Origin: Eledone cirrhosa
Lineage: Eukaryota
Reading direction: 5' to 3'
Assembly: GCA_964016885.1 (NCBI GenBank)
Contig: OZ024740.1
Coordinates: 316,882,001-316,946,000 of the forward strand
DNA: 64,000 nucleotides
The notes under the pieces are model-generated. The model saw only the letters and a list, made by a program, of their open reading frames with translations. It did no database searches and was not told the origin of the DNA. The number at the start of each line of letters is the position of its first letter. Position 1 is the stretch's first letter. This document shows, piece by piece, positions 51,516-64,000 of the stretch. The translations under genes and the position numbers were made by a program.

Positions 51516-52298
51516 AGGGCAGTGGATTGGCAGTATCGGTAGAGGGTCGGACACCATGCTTTGAAGCATAGAGTTATGACCCTTTACAGTCTGAGTTCAA
51601 ATCCTGCCGACGTTAACTTTGGCTTTCATCCTTATGGGGTCGATAAAATAAAGTACCAGTCACCCACTGGGTTGATTTAATCAACTTTCCCTCCTCCCAA
51701 ATTGCTGGCCTTGTGCCTATATAAGAAACCATTATTATTTACAAGAGCGGTGGATTGGCAGTATTGGTAGAGGGTCGGACGCCATGCTTTGCAACAAAGA
51801 CTTACTGCCCTTTATGGTCTGAGTTCAAATCCCGCCGAGGTTAACTTTGCCTTTCATCCTTACAGGGTCGATAAAATAAAGTACCAGTAATACACTGGGA
51901 TAATTGCTGGCTTTGTGCCAAAAGTAGAAACAATTATTATTATACTTGGTGGTATTCATTCTGGAGTTCAAATCCCGGTGAGGGTAACTTTTTGTCTTTC
52001 AGCCTTCCCTCCCAGATTGTTAAATAAAGTACAAGTCAAATACCAGGGTTGATGTAGTCAACTTGTCCCCTCCCCACAAACATTGTTGGCCTTGTGCCTA
52101 AATTAGAAATTATTATTATTATTAAGTATAGAGTTACAACCCTTTATGTTCTGAGTTCAAATCCCGCCGAGGTTAGCTTTGCCTTTCATCCTTACAGAGT
52201 CGATAAAATAAAGTACCAGTAATGCACTGGGGTCAATTTAATCGACTTTCCCCTCCTCTTCAAATTGCTGGCCTTGTGCCTAAAGTAGAAACAATTAT
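51516..52298 (+). mobile_element. Cluster of four SINE family 2 copies in (TAA)n tracts
   Basis: Repeated B-box and Nin-like domain. Confidence 0.85.
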
Positions 52299-52329
52299 TA
52301 AGTATAGTATGCACATTGAATATGATGAT

Positions 52330-52690
52330 AACTAGATCTTCTACTGCCTGTTGGGTCTCTACCTTAGACAGTGCATTCTTCAGTATATAGACAGTGCCCA
52401 TTAGGGCAATCTTTTGTAGGAGAGCAATTTGTGATTTGAGGTTTATTTTCTTAAGCTTCCCTCTCAGCTTTTTTAGTATTGAGTTCAAAGCTTCGGTTTC
52501 AACTGGAATTATCCTGATGTTAGATGGTGTTGACAGCATTTGTGTAATTTCAATCTTCAAGTCAGTATATTTTGTTATTTTTCAAAATTTTAAGGGCTAT
52601 TTTGTGATCCTCTGGGATGGTAACATTAATAATATAGCATACATGCCTATTTCTGTTCATCTATATATAAGGATTGGAGAACTGTGAGAC
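52330..52690 (-). mobile_element. R4/Dong-like non-LTR element C-terminus, decayed
   Basis: Translates to IIPV...LQKIALMGTVYILKNAL. Confidence 0.55.
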
Positions 52691-53074
52691 TGTGTCCAGT
52701 TTATTATTTTACATCACGTTATTAAAATAAGTTGGATTACTTTGAATAAATCACGAATGAATATTATGCAATTTATCTACTAATTTTCTTAGTAACTATA
52801 ATATCAGGTCTGTTGTTCAAGTCTGCAGTCCATTTTACAGTTTAGCAATCCTTTAGCCCGGGTACTGATGTCAAAACTACTGATAGTAACTGTGTCCTGC
52901 TTAGGTACTTCTTCAAGCACTTTCAAATACAGTCTAATAATTGTAAAGGTAACATATTTATTTATTTGTGTGGTTAAATGTTTTCTCTTTCTTACTAATC
53001 ATGCATCTGGAAGTAAATCTAAAAGCTGTCATCGGATATCATTGATTCACTCAGTCTTTATGTTATGATTTACA

Positions 53075-53440
53075 GATGCCCTCCAGAGGTTGCTCCAGAT
53101 GTTCTCAACAGATACTCTCAACAGTTGTTTTTAACAGATGTTCTTAACAGATCTTCTTCACAGGTTGCTCCAGATATTCTCAATAGATGTTTTCAACACA
53201 TGTTCTCAACAGATGTTCTCAACAGATGTTCTCAACAGATGTTCTCAACAGATGTTCTCATCAGATGTTCTCAACAGATGTTCTCAACAGATGTTCTCAA
53301 CAGATGTTCACAACAGATGTTCTCAATAGATGTTCTCCACTGGTTGCTCCAAATGCTCTCAACAGTTATTCTCACAGATGTTCTCCACAGGTTGCTCCAA
53401 ATATTCTCAACAGATGTTCTCCAAAGGTTGCTCCAGAAGG
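53075..53440. repeat. 13-bp minisatellite CAGATGTTCTCAA
   Basis: Direct tandem units. Confidence 0.9.
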
Positions 53441-54547
53441 TCATAGCTTCGTGTGGATCAGATGGTAAAGTTTTATGTCTAGTATCGAAACAGCATTTCT
53501 TTAAACCATTTCACTCTACATCGAGAGAGACAGAAGGTAACCATGGTAACCAGAAAGTAATGGTATATCCAGTTTTGAGATGGTATTTCTTTAAATCTGG
53601 GATAATGCTGTGTCTCCTATTGAAATAACATTTCTTTAAGTCATTTAAATCTACTTTTAAAGAGACAGTAACAGCAGTTCCTGATTTGAAATAATGTTTC
53701 TTTAAATCATTATTGTTGTTGTTGCCGCCACCACTGCTGTTGCCACTGCTGTTGTTGTTGTTGTTGTTATTGCTGCTGCTGTTGTTGTTGTTGTTGATAT
53801 TGTTACTACTGCTGCTGTTGTTGTTGTTCTTCTTCTTGTTCTTCTTGTTCTTCTTGTTCTTCTTCTTCTTCTTCTTCTTCTTCTTCTTCTTCTTCTTCTT
53901 CTTCTTCTTCTTCTTCTTCTTCTTCTTCTTCTTCTTCCCCTCCTCCTCCTTCTTCTCCTCCCTCTTCTCTCCTCCTCTTCCACTTCATTCTTCTTCTTCT
54001 TCTTCTTCTTCTTCTTCTTCTCCTCCCTCTTCTCTCCTCCTCTTCCACTTCATTCTTCTTCTTCTTCTTCTTCTTCTTCTTCTTCTTCTTCTTCTTCTTC
54101 TTCTCCCCTCATCCGCCTCTCTTCACCCCCCCACCCTTCCTTCTTTTTTCAACCCCCCCCCCCCCCCCCACGTAAAATAAAAGACAGGAGAAAGAACCAA
54201 GAATACAAAAGAAACAGAGGTGATTTGAATAAATATTTATATGGAGAAATATTTGCAGGAAAAAAGATTGAAATTGTAGAGAATGATGCCTTGTCAGGAA
54301 ATGAATAACTGCTATGATATGTTTCCAGATTTTTATGGTAAAAATAACCTTGGCATTATGAAGAAATATATGGAAAGGCGTTTGTTTGTTTTTTTTTATT
54401 AAATATATTTAGCAGCATGTTTCGAACTATAACATAAAATATATTGTGACGTTTAAAAGACATTTAAATATTCATTTTCAATTTGTTTAGAATTTTAGTA
54501 GAATTTGAAAGGATGCAGCACAGGTTTCATAGCTAAATGGTTTATAT

Positions 54548-54723
54548 CAGGAGTCGGCAACTACTGGCCCGCGGGCCACATCTGGCCCATGAAGGATATT
54601 TGTCCAGCCTACCAACAGGTTTCAATCTTAGGCTAAGCAATCCCTGAAAAAGTGCTCTGAATTATTTTGGATTAGAATACTGATTAGAGAACATATCTAG
54701 CTCCAAAAGGTTGCCAACCCTTG
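54548..54723. mobile_element. hAT (Charlie-like) MITE with 8-bp TSD
   Basis: GTTTATAT|CAGGAGTCGGCAAC ... GTTGCCAACCCTTG|GTTTATAT. Confidence 0.9.
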
Positions 54724-55347
54724 GTTTATATAGTTCAAATCACACACAAAGTATAGCATATATCCCATTTGAACAGAATTTGAATGGAGGCAGCACAGGT
54801 ATTTTTTTCTTCTTCACCCATTTATTCCTGAGAAGGTCATGGAGGCAGAGTCCTCAAACACTCCTTCCACGACGACTACGGGGGTGGGGTGGGGTGGGGG
54901 GGTGATAGTGATGATGATGGTGGTGATGAGGATCACAGAGACAATGGGGATGATGGTGATGATGATGGTGGGGATGAAGACGGTGGTGATGATGATGGTA
55001 GTGATGGTGATGATAGTGGTGATGAGGGGGGTGATGATGGTGATGATGATGGTAATGATGGTGATGGTGGTGGTGGTGTTGATATTGATGAGGATGATGA
55101 TGATGAGGGTCATGATAATGATGATGAGGGTGATGTGATGATTATGGTGTTGATGATATTGGTGGTGAGGATGATGATGATGATAATGATAAGGTTGATG
55201 ACGATGATGATGATGATGATGTGATGGATGTTTATCCATTCTAAGATCTAACTTCAACATTCTTGAGGCTGTATTTTCCAGTTAAATCTGTCCTCTGCCA
55301 CAACACCTCCCATCTTATATATAAACTGAAAAGGCAATTTCTAAATT

Positions 55348-56066
55348 CGAGTATCAGCTAAAAAGTTCATAGGCTTGACTATGAAAGAGTGATGCTAGAG
55401 CTGTGAAATTTTTCATGCGTTACTATCAACTCTTCTTATTAATAACTACATTGTTTCTTTCCAAGGACTATGTTGAAAAATAAACCTCATTTGGTCATTC
55501 CATGAGAGTATCTTAGTCAGCCTATGAAGGAGTGATGCTAGAGCTGTGAAATTTTTCATGCGTTAATATCAACTCTTCTTATTAATAACTACATTGTTTC
55601 TTTTCAAGGACTATGTTGAAAAATAAACCTCATTTGGTCATTCCATGAGAGTATCTTAGTCAGCCTATGAAGGAGTGATGCTAGATCTGTGAAATTACCA
55701 TGCATTAATTTCAACTCTTCTTATTAATAACCACATTGTTTCTTTTCAAGGACTATGTTGAAAAATAAACCTCATTTGGTAATTCCATGAGAGTATCTTG
55801 GTCAGCCTATGAAGGAGTGATGCTAGAGCTGTGAAATTTTCTATGCATTAATTTCAACACTTCTTATTAATAACCACATTGTTTCTTTCCAAGGACTATG
55901 TTGAAAAATAAACCTCATTTGATAATTCCATGAGAGTATCTTGGTCAGCCTATGAAGGAGTGATGCTAGAGCATGCAAGATTTCACAGCTGTATTTGGCA
56001 TGCAAGAATTCACAGACCTAACATCACTCCTTCATAGTCATCCTATGAACCTTTCAACCTATCATC
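55348..56066. mobile_element. Mariner-like MITE expanded into four ~143-bp tandem units
   Basis: Long imperfect TIRs (GTTCATAGG..GACTATGAA.GAGTGATG and CATCACTCCTTCATAGTC..CCTATGAAC); period 142-143. Confidence 0.65.
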
Positions 56067-56394
56067 ATATTCTATTCTATGCCTGATCAATGAACTGGGC
56101 TTTGTTCTATCAACCAAAAAGAAATGATCATTTCAATCTAATTCAGTCTTTCTCTTCTAATTTCAGTGCCGTGGATATCATGCCTGTTTAATGAGCTATG
56201 CCATAGAGAGATAGGGCTTTTGACATAATTTGGTTTTTCTCTCAATTTCAAGGCAATCAGCATAATCTGTCCAATAAACTGCGCTTCAATCAACCTTGTG
56301 GTGTGTATACTATAAGTCTGTACTGACCTACTTAGACAACAGAGCAGTAACAGAAACAACAATAATGTCGTCGGTGGTGCTGGTGATACTTGTA

Positions 56395-57039
56395 GGAATG
56401 GTGGTGATGGTGATGATGGTGGTGGGAGTGTGGATAATGGTAGGGGGTGAGGATGGTGGAGGGAGAGAGGATGTTGGTGGTGGTGAGGATGATGGCGGGG
56501 TGGGTGGGGGGACGATGGTGCTGATGATGGTGATGGTGCTGATGATGGTGATGGTGATGATGATGGTGGTGGTAGTGAAAATGATGGCGATGGTGGTGGG
56601 AGTGAGGATGATGGAGGGGGTGAGGATGATGTTGGTAGTGATGATGATGGTGGTGAGGATGAAGGTGATGATGATGGTGATGATGATGATGATGGTGGGA
56701 GTGAAGATGAAGATGATGGTGGTGATGATGGTGATGATGAGGGTGAGGATGGTGGTGATGAAGATGGTGAGAGAGGAGGATGGTAGTGATGATGATGGTG
56801 GTGATGATGATGATGATGATGATGAGGAGGATACTGGTGACAATGGGGATGATGTTGATGATGCTGGTGGCGGTGATGCTGGTGGTGAGTATGATGTTGA
56901 CGGTGATGAAGATGGTAGTGATGGTGATGATGGTGGTGATGATGGTGAGGATGATGATGATGGTAGCAGTGATGATGATGGTGATGATGTGATGATGATG
57001 GTGGTGATGATGTTATGATGATGATGTCAGTGGTGATAT

Positions 57040-57083
<44 letters not shown>

Positions 57084-57220
57084 GTTGGTATTGTGTTGTA
57101 ATTGTTGTTTTTGGTGGTGGTATAATGATAATTATAATGATGATAATAGCGTTGTTGATGATGATGATGATGATGATGATAAAGAGAAAGAAAAGTATGA
57201 TGGTGGTGGTGGTGGTGGCA
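56395..57220. repeat. Degenerate (GAT/GGT)n tract (similar tract at 54900-55225; (CTT)n at 53712-54110)
   Basis: Visible low complexity. Confidence 0.9.
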
Positions 57221-57494
57221 ACTTGTGTGGAAAGGAAAATAAGATACCTTTTGAGGAAAGTTATCAACAATTTCCCTCTTACTGTTGATCAATTAATCAC
57301 TGTAAACATAGGATGGGCAAATCATTTAGAGAGGCTTCTGCATGATTGCTTAACCTGCTATAAATAGCATTGACATCTCCTTCAAACTTCAGTATACCAT
57401 CTTAACACTTTCATGACTGTATTTCTAATGAAATACACTGTTTCCAATTAATTAATTTTGAAGGATTTTATCATTGTTATCATTGCAACCAAAG

Positions 57495-57751
57495 TCAAAC
57501 ATTCCTAACCAAGTCTCTCCACAATCCATGATTTTCCATTGCTCCTGGCAACTGCTTCTTAATGAGGTTTGTATCGTCCGAGAGTTGATCAATGAAGGTT
57601 CGACCAGGTCTTCTTCTACTGCATCTCCTGTGAGTTGGTTCCCACAATAGTAGCTTGTGTATAACTTCCTGCTTACTACTCCAGCATGTTCTGCAAATCA
57701 TAACCATCTTTGAGCAATTGTAGTTGTTATCTTGGGCAAGTTTCTGTATAA

Positions 57752-57782
<31 letters not shown>

Positions 57783-59140
57783 TTTTTTCTCTCTCTCTTT
57801 CTCTTGAGAGAGGGTCGTGGGTACAGAGTCCTCAAACGCTCCTTCCAGCGAGTTCTACTAGAAGCAACCATCTCCAACTGATCTGGCTCAATCCCCAAGC
57901 AAGACTAGCTAAGTTCATGGATATTATCTAACCATCTTGCTCAGGGTTTACCCCTGGGCCTCCTGCCAGTTGGTTTTGCCTGTAAAATTTGTCCAGTGAC
58001 TCTTTCCTGAGACCATATGCCCGTCATAACGGAGTTGTGATCTCTCAATTTGGAGAAGTAGCGGCTCTACCTCAGGTGATTCTGTGATCACACACTCTAT
58101 CAAGTAATGTTACACACTCTATCAAGTAATGTTACACACTCTATCAAGTAATGTTACACACTCTATCAAGTAATGTTACCCCAAAGACCCTTCGGAGGAA
58201 CCCCATTTTGGCCGTTTATAGTCGGTCATTACCCAATATTCATGACCATAGGTAAGAGTTGGTACGAATAATGAATAAACTTTCTTTTGTAATATGTTGA
58301 CACCAGTTTATGTTTTGTATCAGGTTCCATGTACCTGATCCATACAACAACACTGACTCAAGTGCTTGTGTCAGGGTCCATGAACCTGATCCATACAACA
58401 ACACTGACTCAAGTGCTTGTATCAGGTTCCATGAACCTGATCCATACAACAACACTGACTCAAGTGCTTGTAACAGGTTCCATGAACTTGATCCATACAA
58501 CAACACTGACTTAACAGATGTTCTGAAGAATGATATATTTTTTTTTTCTGTTGTAGATCTGGCTTCTATATCCTTTCCATTTTATTCATTTCAGCTCAGA
58601 TTTTGGAAATTCTAATGTCAATGTCCTGTTTTGATGGTCTCCTCCAACTTCCCAAATATAGAAAATCATCAACTTGATTTAGTATACTGTTATTCAGTGT
58701 GACAAGATTTCCATCTTTGTTCAGTGACATGTACTCTCTCTTAACGACATTGATGTGTAGACCAATTTTCCTGGCAGAGAATTCTATTTTATGAAGTTCT
58801 TGAGCTTGATTATGATATTTGATAAAAGAGCTATGCCATCAGCAAAATCTGTATCACATATAACAGTTAGTGGGTTTCACTTGCTTCTCCTTTGTGTCAA
58901 TGAAAAACCGAGATCTTGTTCATTAGCAATGGCTTCTCTCATGGCATGGTACAGAGTGATTATGAAAAAATATGGATTTAAAAGAACTCAGTATCACCAC
59001 TAGGAGAGAGAACATCAGTTTCCATTTTATGTAAAGTAAATTTATAATAGAAATTATGGCATCAGGTATGTCATATGCAACTAGGGTTGACATAAGTTTT
59101 CTTCAATGGATGGAGTCAAAAGCTTTTTAAAAGCCAATGA
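57495..59140 (-). mobile_element. Old RTE LINE remnant interrupted by an RTE-like 3' fragment (57755-58210); contains 51-bp and 22-bp tandem amplifications
   Basis: Translates to LLWEP..GR...RPGRTFIDQL and ESVLLYGS.SW.L four times. Confidence 0.7.
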
Positions 59141-59665
59141 AATGAAATTAAATATTTCCTTACTAAGATATTAACTCAATACATGGTTCTTACATAGAAT
59201 TATGTTAGAAGATATTAACTTAAATAGGAACTATTTAAGATGGTTGGTTGTTTCATAGAATCAGAGCTGGTTTGGAGGCAGTTTGGTATCAAAAGGGTTA
59301 AAAAAGATGTTTGCTTGATCAGGATTTATCGGTTGATACATACATTCCTTCACTAAATACTCTTTTTTCTTTGTCTCACTTATGAATGTAATTTTACATG
59401 AAACCTGTTTTTATCAATATTTTACATATCTAATTTTTTTTCAAGTATATTAACCCTTTAGCATTTAAACCGGCCATATCTGGCCAGAATTCTCTCACCT
59501 CTTTCTGTTCAAACTGGTCATAACTAGCTGTAACTGGTCCCTAATACTTATGTTAGGGTATTGTTCTCAAAATAAATAATATAAAAATCTCATAGATTCA
59601 ATATTATGTGAGATATTATGTAAGGTAAAGCCTTTACCATGAAAATACAATAGTATATATATAAT

Positions 59666-60020
59666 GGAGGCACATGGCTTAGTGGTTAGAGCATTGGCCT
59701 TGCAATCGAAAGGTTGTGAGTTCAATTTTCAGACCGGGTGATGTGTTGTTTCCTTGAGCAAGACACTTTATTTCACATTGCTCCAGTTTACTCAGCTGTA
59801 GAAATGAGATGATAGGGACTGGGGTCCATATCATTCCACTGCAAAGTGGTTGTGTAGGCGCCACGGAAAAAAAGCACCCAGCCCACACTGTAAATGAGGT
59901 TGGTGTTAGGAAGGGCATCCAGCTGTAGAAATCAAGCCAGAATCAGTTCCCATCCCACCCTTGCAAGCAGGGAAAAAGCAGCCGTAAAATGAAATGATGA
60001 TGATGATGATGATGATGATA
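59666..60020 (+). mobile_element. SINE family 1 nested in a piggyBac MITE
   Basis: A and B boxes; MITE ends at 59454 and ~60038. Confidence 0.88.
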
Positions 60021-60339
60021 ATGTAAATGTTAAAGGGTAAAACATACATATTGCTTGGGTATCAGATCATAATATATGTATATATTCGTATATATACTGA
60101 GGAATATGTGACAAAACAAAAATCAATGGTAAAAGGGAGGTCAGCTTATATTTGGGGTAAATATTTTGATGGTTTTCACCAATTTCAAATTTTCTGTAAA
60201 TAAGGTTTGGATTTTTTGCCCATCTCTCAGACATAAAATAGTGGGGTCAGCTTATATTGGTATTGATTTATATTCATATATATGTATATGTATATATGTG
60301 TGAATATATGTATGTTCTTCTGGTTTTATAATTTCACAA

Positions 60340-60780
60340 AGTTTTACCAATAGAGAGAGGGTCGGTTTCTAACATAGACACAAGACTCTCTCATTGGAAT
60401 TTATGCAATATCAACTAGGTATGTATGTATGTATGTATGCATGCATGTGTAGATATGGATGTTATTGTATGTGTGGATGTGGATGTTTTCAGTTGTATGT
60501 GTGCATGTGTATATGCTTTGCATCTGTATATGTGTATATGCAGTTATTAGATGCAAAATCTTTGGAAGTCTTACATATTTTTACTGTTCAATTAATGGAT
60601 TGTACTTGTAATTTCCTAATTAGTTGTGTTCTTTCTGTTCCTGTGAAGCCTAACTTCTCAAGATTTGTATTGAGGCAGTTACTAACATATCCCAGCGCCC
60701 CAATAATCACAGGCATAAATCTGAAGGTGTAATCAGCGTGGAGTATCTGCAGATTTCTCATCAGTTCTGCATAAATGTTC
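60340..60780 (-). mobile_element. R4/NeSL-like non-LTR element C-terminus and 3' UTR
   Basis: Minus translation [27 protein letters not shown], typical of the region after a restriction-like endonuclease. Confidence 0.6.
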
Positions 60781-60815
60781 TCCTATGTATGTATGCATGT
60801 CTGTGTGTATACATA

Positions 60816-60883
<68 letters not shown>

Positions 60884-60903
60884 CATATATGTGTAAATAC
60901 GTG

Positions 60904-60940
<37 letters not shown>

Positions 60941-61371
60941 TTATACACTCTCACCAACTCACCCATATATATGATTTTAATTTTGTATCAGTACTGCCAG
61001 TAATATATATATGTATGTATGTATGTATGTGAGTGGTGTGTGTGTTTGTATGCATGAGTGTTGGTGTGTGAGTGGCGTGTGTGTTTTTAGTTTGTATGCA
61101 TGAGTGTTGGTGTGTGAGTGTGTGTGTGTGTGTGTGTGCGTGTCGTGTCAATAAGTGTTTTTTTTTGTTTTTTTTATGACCATGCTGTAAAATGGAGGGG
61201 TAGAGAGGGCCCTTGAGTCTAGTAAGACATCCTCTCTGGTGCTGGTGGCACAAATAAAAGCACCCAGTCCATGCTGTAAAGTGGTGCTGGTGTTAGGAAG
61301 GGCATCCAACCAGTGTATCAATGCCTAAACAATTATGAGCACAGCAAGAAATATATAGGAACAACAAAAAT

Positions 61372-63411
61372 ATGAAGACGTTGCATCTCAGAGTTGCAAC
61401 ACTTAATGTTGGCACTCTTACAGGTAGATCTGGTGAAATAGTGGAGATGCTGGAGAGAAGGCATGTGGATGTGTGCTGCGTGCAAGAGGAGAGATGGAGA
61501 TGTGCCGCTGCGAGTCTAGTCGTAGGCAAACAACTTAATTATAAACTTTTCTGGGTAGGTAAGGATGATAGGTTAGGAGTAGGCATTTTCCTGGCTGAGA
61601 AATGGATCAATAAGACAATAGAGGTAGTTCGAGTTAGTAATCGAATAATTAACCTTAGATTAGTTGTAGGCAGGAGACTACTGACAATCATCTCTGCTTA
61701 TGCTCCCCAAGCAGGCCTAGGTAAAGAAGAGAAAGACTGCTTTTACGAGCAACTTTTACAAACAACTGCAATGACAGAGGACGGAGACATCGTTATGCTA
61801 GCAGGGGACTGCAATGGTCATGTTGGACAGTTCCAGGATGTTTACACTGGGGTACATGGTGGGCACGGTTACGGCTCAAGAAATGAAGGAGTGAGACTTC
61901 TTGAATTTTGTGATGCAAGTACACTGACTATTTGCAACACTAACTTCCAGAAACCTGCCAACCACCTAATAACCTACAAATCAGGCGAGTACATAAGCCA
62001 GATTGACTTCTTACTAGTTAGGCAGCGGGACAGGCAGATAGTGTCTAATACCAAGGCATACCTTGGGGAAGAATGTACCCCACAGCATAGGTTAGTCGTT
62101 AGTGATATCTCAGTAAGCAAGAGATGGAATGAGACATACAGGAAGGTGTGGAGAAGAAAGGTCTGGAAGCTAAAAGACCTTTCACTAAAATACAAATTTA
62201 GGAAAGCCCTTCAAGATGTGTATGACGAAAAAGAAGATGATTTAGAGACGTATGACATAGATAATAACTGGAATTTCTTACATGACAACTTACTGCAGGC
62301 TACTGATGAAACTTGTGGCTGGAGCAGAGCTCCAACCAGACAGAGAGTGACCTGGTGGTGGAACAGCACAGTAGATAAGGCCATTATAGACAAAAGACTA
62401 GCATGGAAGGCTTGGAAAAAGGGTGGGAGTAGGGAAGAATATACAGCCGCTAAGAGAGAAGCTAGACATCAGGTGTACTTAGCACGCAGGGAGGCTGAGA
62501 GTAGGAGGTTTGCCAATGTTCTGCGATGGGAAGATCAGAGGCGTGCGGTGTTCCACATTGTAAGGCAGTGTGTCAATGCAAATCAGGATGTTGTTGGAGA
62601 TAAATGTGTCCGGAATGATGACGGTGTACTTGGTGTCACAAATGATCAGAAAAAGGAGGCCTGGAAATGTCATTATGAGAGACTGATGAATGTGGAGAAC
62701 GAATGGGAGAGAGAGAAATTACCCTCAGTAGATCTTACAGAGGGACCAGCTATTGAGATTGATGAATATAAAGTCCAAGAGGCGATTAAGGAAATGAAAA
62801 ATGGTAAGGCTGCTGGACCATCGGGAATAGTTGCTGAGATGCTGAAGGCATCAGGGGACGTAGGCACTAAACTGGTTGCACGCATCATCAATCAGGCTAT
62901 ATATGGTGGTGTCATACCCAAAGACTGGTGCAGCAGTATTCTCATAAATTGCTACAAAGGTAAAGGGGATGCTCTGGAGAGGAGCAATTATAGGGGTATA
63001 AAACTGATGGATCAGGTTATGAAAGTGGCAGAAAGGATATTAGCACAACTAATTAGAGAAAGGGTCAAACTAGATGAGATGCAGTTTGGTTTTGTGCCTG
63101 GGAAGAGTACAACAGATGCCCTCTTCTTGGTGAGACAATTGCAAGAGAGGTTCTTAGAGAAGAATAAGCCACTATACTTAGCCTTTGTTGACCTAGAGAA
63201 GGCCTTTGATAGGGTACCCCGATCTGTCATCTGGTGGTCCCTAAGGAAACTAGCTGTTGAGGAATGGCTTGTGAGGACAGTGCAAACTTTGTACAGAGGT
63301 ACTTTCAATAAAGTCAGGGTAGGAATGGAGTTTAGTGAGGAATTCCAGATACAAGTAGGAGTACATCAAGGTTCGGTCCTCAGCCCGCTCTTGTTCGTTA
63401 TAGTCCTCTAA
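61372..63411 (+). CDS. RTE LINE ORF: AP endonuclease plus reverse transcriptase. Premature stop at 63409; the element continues past 64000; 5' UTR from ~61160.
   Basis: Motifs ATLNVGTL, VQE, GVGI, SAYAPQ, GD.NGHVG, SQIDFLL, QHRLV, FVDLEKAFDRV. CAA in the 48-kb copy is TAA here; YADD follows in frame. Confidence 0.95.
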   Translation: MKTLHLRVATLNVGTLTGRSGEIVEMLERRHVDVCCVQEERWRCAAASLVVGKQLNYKLFWVGKDDRLGVGIFLAEKWINKTIEVVRVSNRIINLRLVVGRRLLTIISAYAPQAGLGKEEKDCFYEQLLQTTAMTEDGDIVMLAGDCNGHVGQFQDVYTGVHGGHGYGSRNEGVRLLEFCDASTLTICNTNFQKPANHLITYKSGEYISQIDFLLVRQRDRQIVSNTKAYLGEECTPQHRLVVSDISVSKRWNETYRKVWRRKVWKLKDLSLKYKFRKALQDVYDEKEDDLETYDIDNNWNFLHDNLLQATDETCGWSRAPTRQRVTWWWNSTVDKAIIDKRLAWKAWKKGGSREEYTAAKREARHQVYLARREAESRRFANVLRWEDQRRAVFHIVRQCVNANQDVVGDKCVRNDDGVLGVTNDQKKEAWKCHYERLMNVENEWEREKLPSVDLTEGPAIEIDEYKVQEAIKEMKNGKAAGPSGIVAEMLKASGDVGTKLVARIINQAIYGGVIPKDWCSSILINCYKGKGDALERSNYRGIKLMDQVMKVAERILAQLIRERVKLDEMQFGFVPGKSTTDALFLVRQLQERFLEKNKPLYLAFVDLEKAFDRVPRSVIWWSLRKLAVEEWLVRTVQTLYRGTFNKVRVGMEFSEEFQIQVGVHQGSVLSPLLFVIVL

Positions 63412-64000
63412 GCCATAACAGAGGAGTTTAAGACTGGCAGTCCATGGGAACTTCTCTATGCTGACGATCTGGTTCTTATAGCAGAATCAGTAGAGGAGCT
63501 AGAGAATAAATTCTGGCTATGGAAACAGCAGTTGGAAGCAAGAGGACTGAGAGTGAACGTAGCTAAGACAAAAATGTTGATGAGTAGAAAAGAGGACAAA
63601 ACTCTGATTCCATCAGGGAAATGGCCATGTTCGATATGCAGAAAAGGAACTGGCATAAATTCTATAAAATGCACACAATGCAGATCCTGGGTACACAAGA
63701 TGTAGCGGGATAGCAGGCAAACTAACAGGTAGGGAGAAATATGTATGCAGTAGATATACAGGGAAATTAGACAGTAGAAGTCACATTGATAGACACATTT
63801 TTCAAATGCAGACAGGTGCTATAGAAGTGGTGGATAGTTTCCGGTACCTAGGTGATCAGATTAGCATGGGAGGGGGATGTTCCGAGGCCATAGTATCTAG
63901 AATAAGGACGAGTTGCAAGAAGTTTAGGGAGCTGCTTCCTCTGCTGACGAAGAAGGGTTTCTCCCTGCGTACGAAAAGCCGGTTATATGATGCCTGTGTG

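Noticed and set aside
56138-57292. 384 aa His/Pro/Ser-rich ORF and similar (TA)n- or (TG)n-derived ORFs
   Set aside because: Low-complexity repeat translations.
60735-60773. Minus-strand CUGAUGA-GAAA-UCUGCAGA-UA resembling a hammerhead
   Set aside because: No stem II, no stem I pairing, and it lies in an R4-like coding remnant.

Overview
AT-rich, microsatellite-laden animal DNA, intergenic or deep intronic. The repeat families look molluscan or cephalopod (octopus-like); this is an inference. No host protein-coding gene is supported. The window contains RTE-clade LINEs (one near-full-length APE+RT copy at 61372 onward), fragments of Tx1/L1-, R4/Dong- and Ingi/Vingi-like LINEs, two tRNA-derived SINE families, a decayed Helitron helicase with non-autonomous Helitrons, a DD37D (maT) transposase, several MITEs and a 4.5-kb array of a 44-bp satellite. 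The main hidden signal is about ten short, mutually divergent non-coding elements inserted at (TA)n tracts. They carry type-I hammerhead ribozyme folds or half-folds, some with very long stem II and one with a compensatory U3-A8 core. They are usually fold-back palindromes whose second arm lacks a 3' tail, and the tails share a T(C/T/A)GAGT(A/G/T)C motif about 37-53 nt from the end. This architecture fits Penelope-like pseudo-LTR or retrozyme-type elements. Many unrelated sequences here are also mirrored around microsatellites.
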